Positions 18,727 through 28,189 of a DNA stretch of 64,000 nt are shown in pieces. Location of the stretch: assembly GCA_036265715.1 (NCBI GenBank), contig DATAON010000030.1, positions 7,593-71,592 on the forward strand, given 5' to 3'. Both the position numbers and the translations under genes were made by a program. The number at the start of each line of letters is the position of its first letter. The stretch's first letter is position 1. The stretch is from Solirubrobacterales bacterium (GTDB lineage: Bacteria; Actinomycetota; Thermoleophilia; Solirubrobacterales; 70-9). The notes under the pieces are model-generated. The model did no database searches, was not told the DNA's origin, and saw only the letters and a list, made by a program, of their open reading frames with translations.

Positions 18727-19875
18727 TCAGCGCGGGCCGCCCGCCGCCGCGGGCGCCATCGAGCGGTTGACCTCGGCGAAGAAGTCGGTCATGTAGCGGC
18801 CGACGATCTTGCCCTCGCCCGACCCCCACGGCGGCTCTGCGGTCAGCGAGGAGGCTTCGCCGTGCCCGCCGCCAATCCATCCCTGCAGGTAGCGGGGCTC
18901 CTCCCCGGTCCACAGCACGCCACGCAGGACCGGGTCGAAAGGCCGGGGGTCGATCTCGACCCCGACGTCGGCCGCGATCGCTTCGGCGATGACGTCGGCC
19001 TGCTGGGTGGCGATGCCGCCCTGCTTGACCGGGAAGTTGGTCACGTCGCCGGCCGCGAAGATCCGTTCGCGCTTGAGGACCCGGCAGTGCTCGTCGATCG
19101 CGATGAAGCCGTCGGGGTCGTGCAGGACGCCGCGGATCCGCCGTCCCTCCAGTTTCGGCAGGCTGACGACGGCGTCGACGTCGAAGTGGTCGCCGGGCAC
19201 CGTGCGGAGCTGGCCGTTCTCGAAGCGGACGGGATGGGTCCCTTTGACGACCTCGATCCCGCGTTCGGCGAGCAGCGCGCCCATCAACTCGCTCACCCGG
19301 CGACCGAAGATCTGCAGCGGCGCGTCCTCGGGGGTCACCACGGTCAGCTTCACATCGTGGACCCCGGCCTTGGAGAGCTCGGACTCGGCGAGGAGCGCCA
19401 GCTCATACAGCGGCAGCGCCCAGCTCTCGACCCCGGGCATGGTGAAGGCGAGACTGTGGATCTCGCCGCTGCGCAGGCGGCCCATCACCTTCTGGACGTC
19501 GAGCTCGTCGGCAATTCCCCAGAAGGTGATCGCGCCCGGCAAAGGCCAGAGCAGCTGGGCCCCAGAGGCAACGATCAGGTAGTCGTAGGAGTGACGCTCT
19601 CCGTCATGGGTCGTCGCCAGGCGGGCCACGGTGTCGATCGAGGCGATGCTGTCGAGATGAAAGCCGGCCCCGCAACGCGCGGCCAGGTCGCCGAGGTCAT
19701 AGCGCGCCACGTGAGCGGTGCCGTAGGGCTCCCCGACGGCGTAGGGCCGGTAGACGAAGTCTCGGCGCGGCGAGAAGATCCTCACGTCAACCCGGTCCCC
19801 CGCGAGATCGCGCAGCGCCAGCGCGGCCTCGATTGCGGCGACACCACCACCGGCGATCAGCACTCGGTTCCTCAA
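18727..19875 (-). CDS. FAD-dependent pyridine nucleotide-disulfide oxidoreductase (SQR/NDH-2-like)
   Basis: RVLIAGGGVAAIEAA dinucleotide fold and AAGDV near the C-terminus. Start set at TTG 19875 with GGAAAGG 8 nt upstream. The track start 20076 adds an Arg-rich extension. The start remains uncertain. Confidence 0.7.
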   Translation of the reverse strand: MRNRVLIAGGGVAAIEAALALRDLAGDRVDVRIFSPRRDFVYRPYAVGEPYGTAHVARYDLGDLAARCGAGFHLDSIASIDTVARLATTHDGERHSYDYLIVASGAQLLWPLPGAITFWGIADELDVQKVMGRLRSGEIHSLAFTMPGVESWALPLYELALLAESELSKAGVHDVKLTVVTPEDAPLQIFGRRVSELMGALLAERGIEVVKGTHPVRFENGQLRTVPGDHFDVDAVVSLPKLEGRRIRGVLHDPDGFIAIDEHCRVLKRERIFAAGDVTNFPVKQGGIATQQADVIAEAIAADVGVEIDPRPFDPVLRGVLWTGEEPRYLQGWIGGGHGEASSLTAEPPWGSGEGKIVGRYMTDFFAEVNRSMAPAAAGGPR

Positions 19876-20041
19876 CGTCAACGCCTTTCCACGAAGTCGG
19901 TTGCTCGGGTCTCTGCACTCTGGCGCCGATGCCCGCGCCTGCCATCCGCGGATCACCCTGCGATCGGGTGCGGCATAACCCCGATGGCAGCGGGCCCGAG
20001 CAGGCATACCGTGGGGCCTGTGAGTTGCGAGCGTTCTCCTG

Positions 20042-20077
20042 ATTGAGCGAGGCCCACGGTGTCGGGTCTCGCTCAAT
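20042..20077. promoter_or_regulatory. Inverted repeat / hairpin enclosing the GTG start at 20059
   Basis: ATTGAGCGAG (20042-51) pairs with CTCGCTCAAT (20068-77), a perfect 10-bp match. It is extendable to 14 bp through GCCC/GGGT (one G-U). The 8-nt loop contains GTG 20059-61. Confidence 0.4.
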
Positions 20078-20682
20078 TCGCTCTCGCAATCGCAGTCGTC
20101 TTCGCCGTCAACCTCCTGCCCGCCTTCGGACCCCCGACCTGGGCCGTCCTCATCTTCTTCAGCCTCAACTTCGACCTGCCCGCAGCGCCCCTTGTCCTCT
20201 TTGGGGCGCTCGCGGCCGCCTCCGGGCGCTTTCTGCTGGCGCAGGGCTCCAGGCGCCTGCGACCCCGCTTCTCACGCGAGCGAATCGCCCACATCGACCG
20301 CATCCAGGCGGCCGCCAGCGCGAACCGGCGACGAGCGCTTGCGGGCCTCGCGCTCTTTGCCCTCTCTCCCGTCCCCTCCGGTCAGCTCTTCGTCGCCGCC
20401 GGCCTGATGACGGTGCCGCTCGTGCCTCTGACCGTGGCCTTCTTCTGCGGACGGCTGGTCTCCTATTCGATCTACGTCGGCGCTGCCACTGTCGCCGAGC
20501 AGAGCCTCGGCTCGATCGTCACCGAGGCGCTGACCTCGCCGCTCGGCCTCGGCTTGCAGGTGACGATGCTGATCGGGCTCGCCGCGCTCGCCGGTGGCGT
20601 CCGGCCAGGCGGCGGCGGTCGAGATTCCACCACCCCCTCACTGTGGAACTTTCCGGATGGCGGACGAGACGACCGAGCCTAG
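20059..20682 (+). CDS. Integral membrane protein, possibly VTT/DedA-YqaA-like
   Basis: Several TM segments. The N-terminal LLPAFGPPTWAVL block weakly resembles VTT-domain proteins. Confidence 0.5.
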   Translation: MSGLAQFALAIAVVFAVNLLPAFGPPTWAVLIFFSLNFDLPAAPLVLFGALAAASGRFLLAQGSRRLRPRFSRERIAHIDRIQAAASANRRRALAGLALFALSPVPSGQLFVAAGLMTVPLVPLTVAFFCGRLVSYSIYVGAATVAEQSLGSIVTEALTSPLGLGLQVTMLIGLAALAGGVRPGGGGRDSTTPSLWNFPDGGRDDRA

Positions 20683-20722
20683 GCTCCTCGAGTGCCGCGC
20701 ACTTCGAGAAAGGACCTAGACG

Positions 20723-21568
20723 ATGCGTTTGCTCGTTGGCTTGGATGACCGTGAGGGTGGAAGGGACGCGTTGGAGTTGGCACGCGTCCTCGGCAGCGGG
20801 GAAGACGTGAGTGCCCTGGTCGTCACCGCCCTCTTCAGCGGGCCGCTGCCGATGGAGTACGCCCTGCTGCCAGAGCAGGAGCGCCATGAGGCGGAGCCCC
20901 TCTTCGAGGAGGCGCGCGAGAAGCTCGCCGGGATGGACGTCGAGACGCGCGCCTACGGCGGCGGCTCCCCGGCCGGCATCCTGACCACCCTCGCCGAACG
21001 CGAGAGGTTCGACGCGATCGTCGTCGGCTCCCCTCACCGCGGCGCCTTCGGTCGGGTGATGATCGGCAGCGTCGCCAGCAGCCTCCTCAACGGCGCGCCG
21101 GGAGACGTCGCGGTCGCGCCAAGGGGCTATGCGGCGACCGAGCACGACTCCTTGCGAATGATCGCCGTCGGCTACGACGGCTCGCCCGAAGCCAAGGGCG
21201 CCCTGCGCCGAGCCGAAGCACTGGCGCAACGCTCGAACGCCCAGATCGACCTGATGACCGTGGTGGCGCCGCCGAAGGCCGTGCCCGTGATGGTCCCGGG
21301 GGCCTACACGCCCGCCTATCCCCCCGAGCCCGACAAGGTCATGGCAGAGGGCCTTGCCTCCGTCGACCGGACCCTCGCCGCCAATCGAACCCGTCTCGAC
21401 GGCGATCCGGCGACCGAGTTGGCCCGCGCCTGCGCGACCGGGGTCGACCTCCTGGTCGTCGGCTCGCGGGGGTACGGCCCGCTGGCCCGAGCCCTGCTCG
21501 GCTCGGTGTCGCGGCCGCTCGTGAAGAAGGCGCCGTGCCCTGTTCTGGTCGCGGCACGACCGCGATGA
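20723..21568 (+). CDS. Universal stress protein, tandem USP domains
   Basis: Two USP domains, each ending in the G-x2-G-x9-G(S/T) block (VVGSPHRGAFGRVMIGSV; VVGSRGYGPLARALLGSV). Confidence 0.85.
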   Translation: MRLLVGLDDREGGRDALELARVLGSGEDVSALVVTALFSGPLPMEYALLPEQERHEAEPLFEEAREKLAGMDVETRAYGGGSPAGILTTLAERERFDAIVVGSPHRGAFGRVMIGSVASSLLNGAPGDVAVAPRGYAATEHDSLRMIAVGYDGSPEAKGALRRAEALAQRSNAQIDLMTVVAPPKAVPVMVPGAYTPAYPPEPDKVMAEGLASVDRTLAANRTRLDGDPATELARACATGVDLLVVGSRGYGPLARALLGSVSRPLVKKAPCPVLVAARPR

Positions 21569-21623
21569 GGCATACCGGGATCCACTGTCGATCCGGTGCC
21601 CCACTTCAGCCAACCGGCCTGTC

Positions 21624-23087
21624 TTGAGCACGACCCGCTCGCTCCCTATCGGGAGCCCTGATCCCGTGGCTCGGCCCAAGTTCGTGCAGATCCCCTCGCA
21701 CTCGCTCGAGCGCTTCGAGCCGCTTCTCGGCGAGCGCTACCGAGAGGTGTTGGAGGTGGCCGAGCGGGCGCGGCGCCACTACCGCGGCCGGGCGATCTGG
21801 CACGTCAGCTCGACCCTGCGCGGCGGCGGCGTCGCCGAGATGCTGCGCTCGCTGCTGCCCTACGTTCGCGGCGCTGGCATCGACACTCGCTGGGTGGTGC
21901 TGCGCGAGAGCGATCAGTTCTTCGCGCTGACCAAGCGCATCCACAACAACCTCCACGGCGATCCCGGTGACGGTGGTGAGCTCGGCATCAACGAGCGTCG
22001 CACCTACGAGCGCTCACTGGCGATGAGCGCCCGACACTTCGCGCTCCTCCTCCAGCCCGGAGACGTCGTCTTCCTGCACGACCCGCAGACCGCGGGGCTG
22101 GTCGCCCAGGCACAGGCTGCCGGGGCGACGGTGATCTGGCGTTGTCACATCGGGGTCGATCAGCCCAACGCGGTGGCGCTCGCGGCCCAAGACTTCCTCC
22201 ATCCCTACGTGCGTCACGCCGACGCCTGGGTCTTCTCGCGCGCCGAGTACCTGTGGGCGGCGCTCGAGCAGGGGCGCGAGTGGACGATGGCGCCGTCGAT
22301 CGATCCCTTTTCCCCGAAGAACCAGGGGCTCGACGCGGCAGTCGTGGAGGCCATCCTCGGGGCGATCGGGCTGGACGCGCGAGCACCGTCGAGGCCGCCG
22401 ACCTTCACCCGGGCGGACGGGACTCCAGGGCGGATCGAGCGCAGCGCGGAGATCCTTCAGGCCGAGCCCCTGCCCGCCGACGCTTTCGCCGTCGTCCAGG
22501 TATCGCGCTGGGATCGGCTGAAGGACCACCGCGGCCTGATGGATTGCTTCGCGGGCCACCTCGGCGGCGCCGACGCTCACCTCGTCCTGGCGGGGCCGGC
22601 GGCCGGGGCCGTCGCCGACGACCCGGAGGGCGCGAAGGTCTGGAGCAGCGTGCGCTCGGCGTGGCGTGACCTCCCCGACCCGATCCGCCGCCGGGTCCAT
22701 CTCGCAAATCTGCCGATGCATGACCTCGACGAAAACGGGGCGATGGTCAACGCACTGCAAAGGCGCGCCGACGTCGTCGTGCAGAAGAGCCTGGCCGAGG
22801 GCTTCGGGCTGACGGTCGCCGAGGCGATGTGGAAGCAGAAGCCCGTCGTCGCCAGCCGCGTTGGCGGAATCCAAGACCAGATCGAGGACGGGGCGAGCGG
22901 CATCCTGGTCGAGCCGACCGATCTCGAGGCCGTCGCCGACGCGATCTCCGCGCTGCGCGAGGACCCCGCGGCGGCAGCGGCGCTCGGTCGCCGCGCCCGC
23001 GAGCAGGTCGTCGCCCGCTACCTCGGGCCCTCGCGACTGGCCGAGTACGCGGAGCGCCTGCAGGCGCTGGAGGGGGATGCGCGGTGA
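21624..23087 (+). CDS. GT-B glycosyltransferase, TreT-like (trehalose synthase-type) family
   Basis: N-terminal HVSSTLRGGGVAEML...GIDTRWVVL block and C-terminal SLAEGFGLTVAEAMWK. Start uncertain (TTG 21624 or GTG 21666). Confidence 0.65.
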   Translation: MSTTRSLPIGSPDPVARPKFVQIPSHSLERFEPLLGERYREVLEVAERARRHYRGRAIWHVSSTLRGGGVAEMLRSLLPYVRGAGIDTRWVVLRESDQFFALTKRIHNNLHGDPGDGGELGINERRTYERSLAMSARHFALLLQPGDVVFLHDPQTAGLVAQAQAAGATVIWRCHIGVDQPNAVALAAQDFLHPYVRHADAWVFSRAEYLWAALEQGREWTMAPSIDPFSPKNQGLDAAVVEAILGAIGLDARAPSRPPTFTRADGTPGRIERSAEILQAEPLPADAFAVVQVSRWDRLKDHRGLMDCFAGHLGGADAHLVLAGPAAGAVADDPEGAKVWSSVRSAWRDLPDPIRRRVHLANLPMHDLDENGAMVNALQRRADVVVQKSLAEGFGLTVAEAMWKQKPVVASRVGGIQDQIEDGASGILVEPTDLEAVADAISALREDPAAAAALGRRAREQVVARYLGPSRLAEYAERLQALEGDAR

Positions 23088-23707
23088 GCGCCACCCACAC
23101 GGCCAATGGCGCCCCGGACGCCACGCTGCTCGACGGCTCGCTGGTCTGCCTGCGTCGCGTGACGCCCGCGGACGAGAGCCGACTGCGTGAGTTCTTCGCG
23201 GCGCTCGACCCCCGCTCGCAGGCGTTTCGCTTCTTCTGCGGCGGCGTCGACCTCTCGCGGACCGCGCACGAGATGGCGAGGGCCGACCACGGCCGGCGCT
23301 ACGGCCTGCTCGCGAGTCGCCGGCCCGGCGGTCCCGTCCTCGGGCACGGCCTCTACGTCGCGTTGGGGGACGGCCGAGCTGAAGTGGCCTTCGCGGTCGC
23401 CCACGAGCTGCAGGGGCACGGACTCGGAACGATCCTGCTCGAAGACCTCGCGGCGGTCGCCGCCGACAGCGGAATCGACACCTTCACCGCCGAAGTGCTT
23501 CCAGAAAACCACCAGATGCTCGAGGTTTTCTGCGAGAGCGGCTTCGTGGTCCAGAGCGAGGAGAAGGACGGCACCGTCCACGTGCAGATGCCGACCAGGA
23601 AGGACGTGGGGCCGCGTCAGATAGCGGAAGACCCCCAACGGCCCGGTGCCACCTCGTCAGCCGAGCAGTGGAGAGCGAGCCGGCATCAGACGTCGATCAG
23701 GCGGTGA
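23084..23707 (+). CDS. GNAT-family N-acetyltransferase
   Basis: Motif A QGHGLGTILL. GTGA overlap (23084-23087) with the upstream stop. The track ORF 22829..23707 N-terminus is Arg-rich overlap. Confidence 0.7.
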   Translation: MSATHTANGAPDATLLDGSLVCLRRVTPADESRLREFFAALDPRSQAFRFFCGGVDLSRTAHEMARADHGRRYGLLASRRPGGPVLGHGLYVALGDGRAEVAFAVAHELQGHGLGTILLEDLAAVAADSGIDTFTAEVLPENHQMLEVFCESGFVVQSEEKDGTVHVQMPTRKDVGPRQIAEDPQRPGATSSAEQWRASRHQTSIRR

Positions 23708-24333
23708 TCGAGGGCGTAGCGGGTCAGCTCGGGGCGGCTGCTGAGGCCGAGCTTCTGCTGGATGTGGGAGCGGTGGGTCTCGACCGTGCGCACGCTTAGG
23801 TCGAGCTGCTCGGCGATCTCGCGGTTGGTGTGACCCAAGGCCATCAGGCGCAGCACATCGGTCTCCCGGGGCGAGAGCAGCTGCTGGTCTCTCTTCGACG
23901 CCTTCGCGAGCCCGGCGGCAATCGCCGCCGGCAGGTACCGGCGGCCCTCGGCGGCGGCGCGGACCGCCTCGATCAGCTCCAGGTGGGCGGCGTCCTTGAA
24001 CAGGTAGCCGAGCGCCCCGTCGTCCAGCGCCCTGCGGGCGAGCGTGAGGTCGCGCTCCATCGTCAGCAGCACGACCTGCGTCTCCGGGGCCAGCTCGCGC
24101 AACGCGGCGACGCGGTCGACCGCGAGCCCGTCGGGCAGGTTGACATCGAGGACGAGGACCCGCGGAGCCTGGCGGGCGAGCGCCTCTTCGACCGAGGCCA
24201 GGTCCGCCGCCTCCCCGACGACGTCGAGATCCGCCTGTCCCTCGAGCAGCGCCTTGAGCGCGCCGCGGACGACCGCGTGGTCGTCGACCAAGAAGACCGA
24301 GATCGCGCCTGCGGATTGAGGCTCGTCGCTCAT
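23686..24333 (-). CDS. NarL/LuxR-family response regulator
   Basis: REC domain (VFLVDDH, LVLDVNLPD) plus LuxR HTH (LSPRETDVLRLMALGHTNREIAEQL). Confidence 0.9.
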   Translation of the reverse strand: MSDEPQSAGAISVFLVDDHAVVRGALKALLEGQADLDVVGEAADLASVEEALARQAPRVLVLDVNLPDGLAVDRVAALRELAPETQVVLLTMERDLTLARRALDDGALGYLFKDAAHLELIEAVRAAAEGRRYLPAAIAAGLAKASKRDQQLLSPRETDVLRLMALGHTNREIAEQLDLSVRTVETHRSHIQQKLGLSSRPELTRYALDHRLIDV

Positions 24334-24340
24334 CCCCAGC

Positions 24341-24346
24341 AGGGTA
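24341..24346 (-). promoter_or_regulatory. -10-like TACCCT, 7 nt upstream of ATG 24333
   Basis: TANNNT on the minus strand (plus strand reads AGGGTA). Confidence 0.3.
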
Positions 24347-24483
24347 GACGCGCGCGCCTGACTGGAGGCGGGTGCCGCTGCGGATTAACCGCACCCGAGC
24401 TTGTTGCAGCGCCCGGATGGCACCGGGTCTCGACCGGATGAGGATGGGCTCACCTTGTCGGCGAAGCAACAAAGGAGCGGGTC

Positions 24484-25938
24484 ATGGGGGAGATAGCTCA
24501 GAACGGCACCAACGGCGCCCTTGGCGTCGAGAAGCCAAAGCTCAAGCGCAGCATGGGCCTGTGGATGGCCACTGCCCTGGTGATCGGGAACATGGTCGGC
24601 TCGGGAATCTTCCTGCTGCCCGCCTCACTGGCCGCGGTCGCCGGGCCGATCTCGATCTTCGGCTGGGTCTTCACCGGAATCGGAGCGATGCTCCTCGCAC
24701 TCGTGTTCGCCCGCCTGGGGCGAGCAATGCCCCGCACCGGCGGGCCCTACGCCTACGCGCGGCGGGCCTTCGGCGACTTCATCGGCTTCCAGACCGCCTG
24801 GGGCTACTGGATCGCCGCCTGGGCCGGCAACGCGGCGATCGCCGTCGCCTTCGTCGGCTACCTGGCGGTGTTCTGGCCGAACCTCGCAACCAACAACCTC
24901 CTCGCCGCTTTCGTCGGCATTGGGGTGATCTGGCTGCTCACCGCCGTCAACGTGATGGGCACCCGCGAGACCGGTGCCGTTCAGGTGGCGACCACGATCC
25001 TCAAGTTCGTGCCGCTGGCGGTGATCGGCGTGATCGGGCTCTTCTTCTTCAAGAGCTCGAACGTCACCCCGTTTGCTCCGCACGGGACCTGGAGCGCGAT
25101 CTCCGCCGCGGCCCCGCTGACCCTCTGGGCATTCATCGGCCTTGAGTCGGCGACCGTCGCCGCAGGCGAGGTCAAGGACCCCGAGCGCAACATCCCCCGG
25201 GCGACGATCTACGGCACCCTTGCCGCAACCGCCGTCTACATCATCGGCACGATCGCGGTGATGGGAGTGATCCCGACGGGGGCGCTCGCCAACTCCACGA
25301 GCCCCTTCGCCGACGCCGCGGGCGTGATGTTCGGCGGCAGCTGGGACAAGGTCATCGCCCTGGTCGCGCTGGCCTCCACCTTCGGCGCCTTGAACGGCTG
25401 GATCATGCTGCAGGGGCGGGTGCCATTGGCAGCCGCCGAGGACGGCCTCTTCCCCGAGCAGTTCGCCAAGGTCCACGGCGAGCGGCGCACGCCGGTCTTC
25501 GGCCTCGTCGTCTCCTCGGTCCTGGTCTCGGGCCTGATGCTGATGAACTACACGAAGGGCCTGGTCGACGCCTTCACTTTCATCATCCTGCTGGCGACCC
25601 TGACCACCTTGGTGCCATACGCCTACTCGGCCGCGGCCCAGGCGCACCTCTACTTCACCGAACGCGAGATCTTCGAGCGCGGGCGCTTCGCGCGCGACAC
25701 GATCATCGCGGCCCTGGCGTTCGCCTACTCGGTCTGGGCCATCACCGGCTCGGGCAAGGACATCATCGCCAAGGGATTCATCCTGCTGCTGGCCGGGATC
25801 CCGGTCTACGTCCTGATGAAGTGGTGGCAGGCCAAACAGGCCGAAGAACCCGCATCCGAACTGGTCCCGCCGTCCCCAACGGTTAGTTCTCCCGCACCTG
25901 TGGGAGCGACGGTGACCACGATGCGAAAGGGCTCCTGA
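24484..25938 (+). CDS. arcD: APC-family amino-acid permease, arginine/ornithine antiporter by context
   Basis: 12-TM permease with a [12 protein letters not shown] block, directly followed by arcA and arcB. Confidence 0.8.
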   Translation: MGEIAQNGTNGALGVEKPKLKRSMGLWMATALVIGNMVGSGIFLLPASLAAVAGPISIFGWVFTGIGAMLLALVFARLGRAMPRTGGPYAYARRAFGDFIGFQTAWGYWIAAWAGNAAIAVAFVGYLAVFWPNLATNNLLAAFVGIGVIWLLTAVNVMGTRETGAVQVATTILKFVPLAVIGVIGLFFFKSSNVTPFAPHGTWSAISAAAPLTLWAFIGLESATVAAGEVKDPERNIPRATIYGTLAATAVYIIGTIAVMGVIPTGALANSTSPFADAAGVMFGGSWDKVIALVALASTFGALNGWIMLQGRVPLAAAEDGLFPEQFAKVHGERRTPVFGLVVSSVLVSGLMLMNYTKGLVDAFTFIILLATLTTLVPYAYSAAAQAHLYFTEREIFERGRFARDTIIAALAFAYSVWAITGSGKDIIAKGFILLLAGIPVYVLMKWWQAKQAEEPASELVPPSPTVSSPAPVGATVTTMRKGS

Positions 25939-25939
25939 G

Positions 25940-27226
25940 ATGGCGCCCCCCGCATCGACTGCCAATGCCCCCGCGCCGCCCCCTGCCGGCGCGGGGGCGC
26001 CGCAGCCCCGACCGCGCCTCTGCGTCGACTCGGAGATCGGCACGCTGCGGCGGGTCATCCTCCACCGCCCCGACCTCGAGCTGCGGCGGCTGACGCCGGC
26101 CAACAAGGACGAGCTGCTCTTCGACGACGTCCTCTGGGTGAAGAGGGCGCGCCAGGAGCACGACGCCTTCGCCGACGCGCTCGCCGAGCGCGACGTCGAG
26201 GTCCTCTACCTGCACGAGCTGCTGGCCGAGACCCTGGCGAACGAGACCGCCCGCGAGGCGGTGCTCGCCGAGACGATGGCGAGCGGGGGTCTGGGTGCTC
26301 GCCTTGGCGCATCCGTCGGCAAGTGGCTGGCGGGGATGCCGGCCGCCGAGCTGGCCCAGCGGCTGATCGGCGGCATCACTCACCAGGAGCTGCCCTTCGA
26401 CAGCGACTCGCTGGTCGCCCAGGTAGCCCGTCGGGACGGCTTCGTCTTGGCGCCGCTTCCCAACCACCTCTTCACCCGCGACACCTCTGCCTGGGTCTTC
26501 AACGGCGTCACCGTTCACTCGATGGCGAAGCCCGCCCGCCGCCGCGAGGCGGTCCACCTCGACGCCATCTACCGCCACCACCCGCTCTTTGCCGGCGTCG
26601 AGCACGAGGTCTGGAGCGATGGGCTCGGCGGACCCGCCAGACTGGAGGGCGGCGACGTCCTCGTGATCGGCAGCGGCTGTGTGCTGATCGGGATGGGCGA
26701 GCGGACGACGCCCGCCGGAGTCGAGCTGCTGGCGCAGCGGCTCTTTGACGCCGGTGCCGCACGACAGGTGATCGCCGTCGTGCTCCCGGCCCAACGCTCG
26801 AGCATGCACCTCGACACGGTGATGACGATGGTCGACCGCGACGCCTTCACGGTCTACCCCGAGCTGCGCGAGTCGATGATCGGGTACACCCTCACCCCCG
26901 GTCCCGAGGGCGTCAAGGTCGAGCGCGAGGAGGAGCTCTTCGCGGCGATCGCCAGGGCGCTGGAGGTCGACCGGCTGCGGCTCTTCGAGACCGGCGGCGA
27001 CAGCTTCGAGGCCCAGCGCGAGCAGTGGGACGACGGCAACAACGTCCTCGCGATCGCCCCCGGCGTGGTTCTCGCCTACGAGCGCAACGTCGACACCAAC
27101 ACGCGCCTTCGCCACGAGGGCATCGAGGTGATCACGATCGCCGGAGCCGAGCTCGGCCGCGGTCGCGGCGGGCCCCGCTGCATGTCCTGCCCGATCGAGC
27201 GCGACCCGATCTCGAACGACGCCTAG
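25940..27226 (+). CDS. arcA: Arginine deiminase
   Basis: [18 protein letters not shown], and C-terminal GGPRCMSCP (catalytic Cys). Confidence 0.9.
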   Translation: MAPPASTANAPAPPPAGAGAPQPRPRLCVDSEIGTLRRVILHRPDLELRRLTPANKDELLFDDVLWVKRARQEHDAFADALAERDVEVLYLHELLAETLANETAREAVLAETMASGGLGARLGASVGKWLAGMPAAELAQRLIGGITHQELPFDSDSLVAQVARRDGFVLAPLPNHLFTRDTSAWVFNGVTVHSMAKPARRREAVHLDAIYRHHPLFAGVEHEVWSDGLGGPARLEGGDVLVIGSGCVLIGMGERTTPAGVELLAQRLFDAGAARQVIAVVLPAQRSSMHLDTVMTMVDRDAFTVYPELRESMIGYTLTPGPEGVKVEREEELFAAIARALEVDRLRLFETGGDSFEAQREQWDDGNNVLAIAPGVVLAYERNVDTNTRLRHEGIEVITIAGAELGRGRGGPRCMSCPIERDPISNDA

Positions 27227-27235
27227 GAGGCCGAC

Positions 27236-28189
27236 GTGCCAACCCAGACCAAGCCCCGCTCCGCCCAGCGCGACCTCCTGCGGATCGCCGACCTCGACCG
27301 AATGCGCCTGGAAGGCCTCCTCCGCCTCGCGCAGGGGATGAAAGCCAAGCCACTGGCCCTGATCGACGCCAACCGCGGCATGGCCCTCGCCTGCTTCTTC
27401 AACAAGCCCTCGACCCGCACCCGGGTTTCCTTCGAGGCGGCTGCCTGCCGGCTCGGGATGCTGCCGATCATGCTGCGCCCCGACGAGCTGCAGCTCGGCC
27501 GCGGCGAGCCGATCGCCGACACCTCCCGCGTCCTCTCGGCCTACACGGCAGCGATCGTGATCCGCACCTTCGCCCAGGCCGAGCTGGAGGAGGTGGCAGC
27601 CGCCTCCTCGGTGCCGGTGATCAACGCCCTCACCGACCAACATCACCCGTGTCAGGCGCTTGCTGATCTGCTCACCCTCAAAGAGCATTTCGGGCGCCTG
27701 GAGGGCCTGCGGATCGCCTACGTGGGCGATGGGAACAACGTCGCCCACTCACTGCTGGAGGCGGGCGCGATGGTCGGGATGAGCGTGGCGATCGCCGCGC
27801 CCCCCGGCTACAGGCCCGACGAGGAAATAGTCGCCGACGCCGCCGAGGTCGCGGTCAAGGCGGGCGGAGCGGTGCTGGTCACCGACGACCCCGAGGAGGC
27901 GGTGCGCGGCGCCGACGCCGTCTACACCGATGTCTGGGTGTCGATGGGCGAGGACGCAGAGCGCGAGGCGCGGCTGCGCGACCTGCGGCCCTACCAAGTC
28001 AACGAGGCGCTGATGGGCGAGGCCGGCGAGGACGCCGTGTTCATGCACTGCCTACCCGCCCACCGGGGCGAGGAGGTGAGCGCGGCGGTGATCGACGGTG
28101 AGCGCTCGGTGGTCTTCCAGCAGGCGGCCAACCGGCTGCCCACCGAGCAGGCGGTGCTGGAGACCCTGATCGGCGGACGAGCGCGCTGA
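27236..28189 (+). CDS. arcB: Ornithine carbamoyltransferase
   Basis: STRTR, HPCQ and HCLP motifs. AGGAGG lies 6 nt upstream of the GTG start. Confidence 0.9.
   Translation: MPTQTKPRSAQRDLLRIADLDRMRLEGLLRLAQGMKAKPLALIDANRGMALACFFNKPSTRTRVSFEAAACRLGMLPIMLRPDELQLGRGEPIADTSRVLSAYTAAIVIRTFAQAELEEVAAASSVPVINALTDQHHPCQALADLLTLKEHFGRLEGLRIAYVGDGNNVAHSLLEAGAMVGMSVAIAAPPGYRPDEEIVADAAEVAVKAGGAVLVTDDPEEAVRGADAVYTDVWVSMGEDAEREARLRDLRPYQVNEALMGEAGEDAVFMHCLPAHRGEEVSAAVIDGERSVVFQQAANRLPTEQAVLETLIGGRAR

Noticed and set aside
24334-24483. A possible Arg-containing leader peptide (MRMGSPCRRSNK...) or attenuator upstream of arcD, and the small GCGG-ATTAA-CCGC hairpin.
   Set aside because: The uORF runs on into the arcD coding region in another frame, so it is part of a spurious 257-aa ORF. 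The hairpin has only 4 bp. There is no terminator/antiterminator pair.
27220-27235. CCTAGGAGG upstream of arcB, which resembles the CCTAGG blocks upstream of the USP genes.
   Set aside because: It is fully explained as the arcA TAG stop codon followed by the arcB Shine-Dalgarno sequence (AGGAGG).
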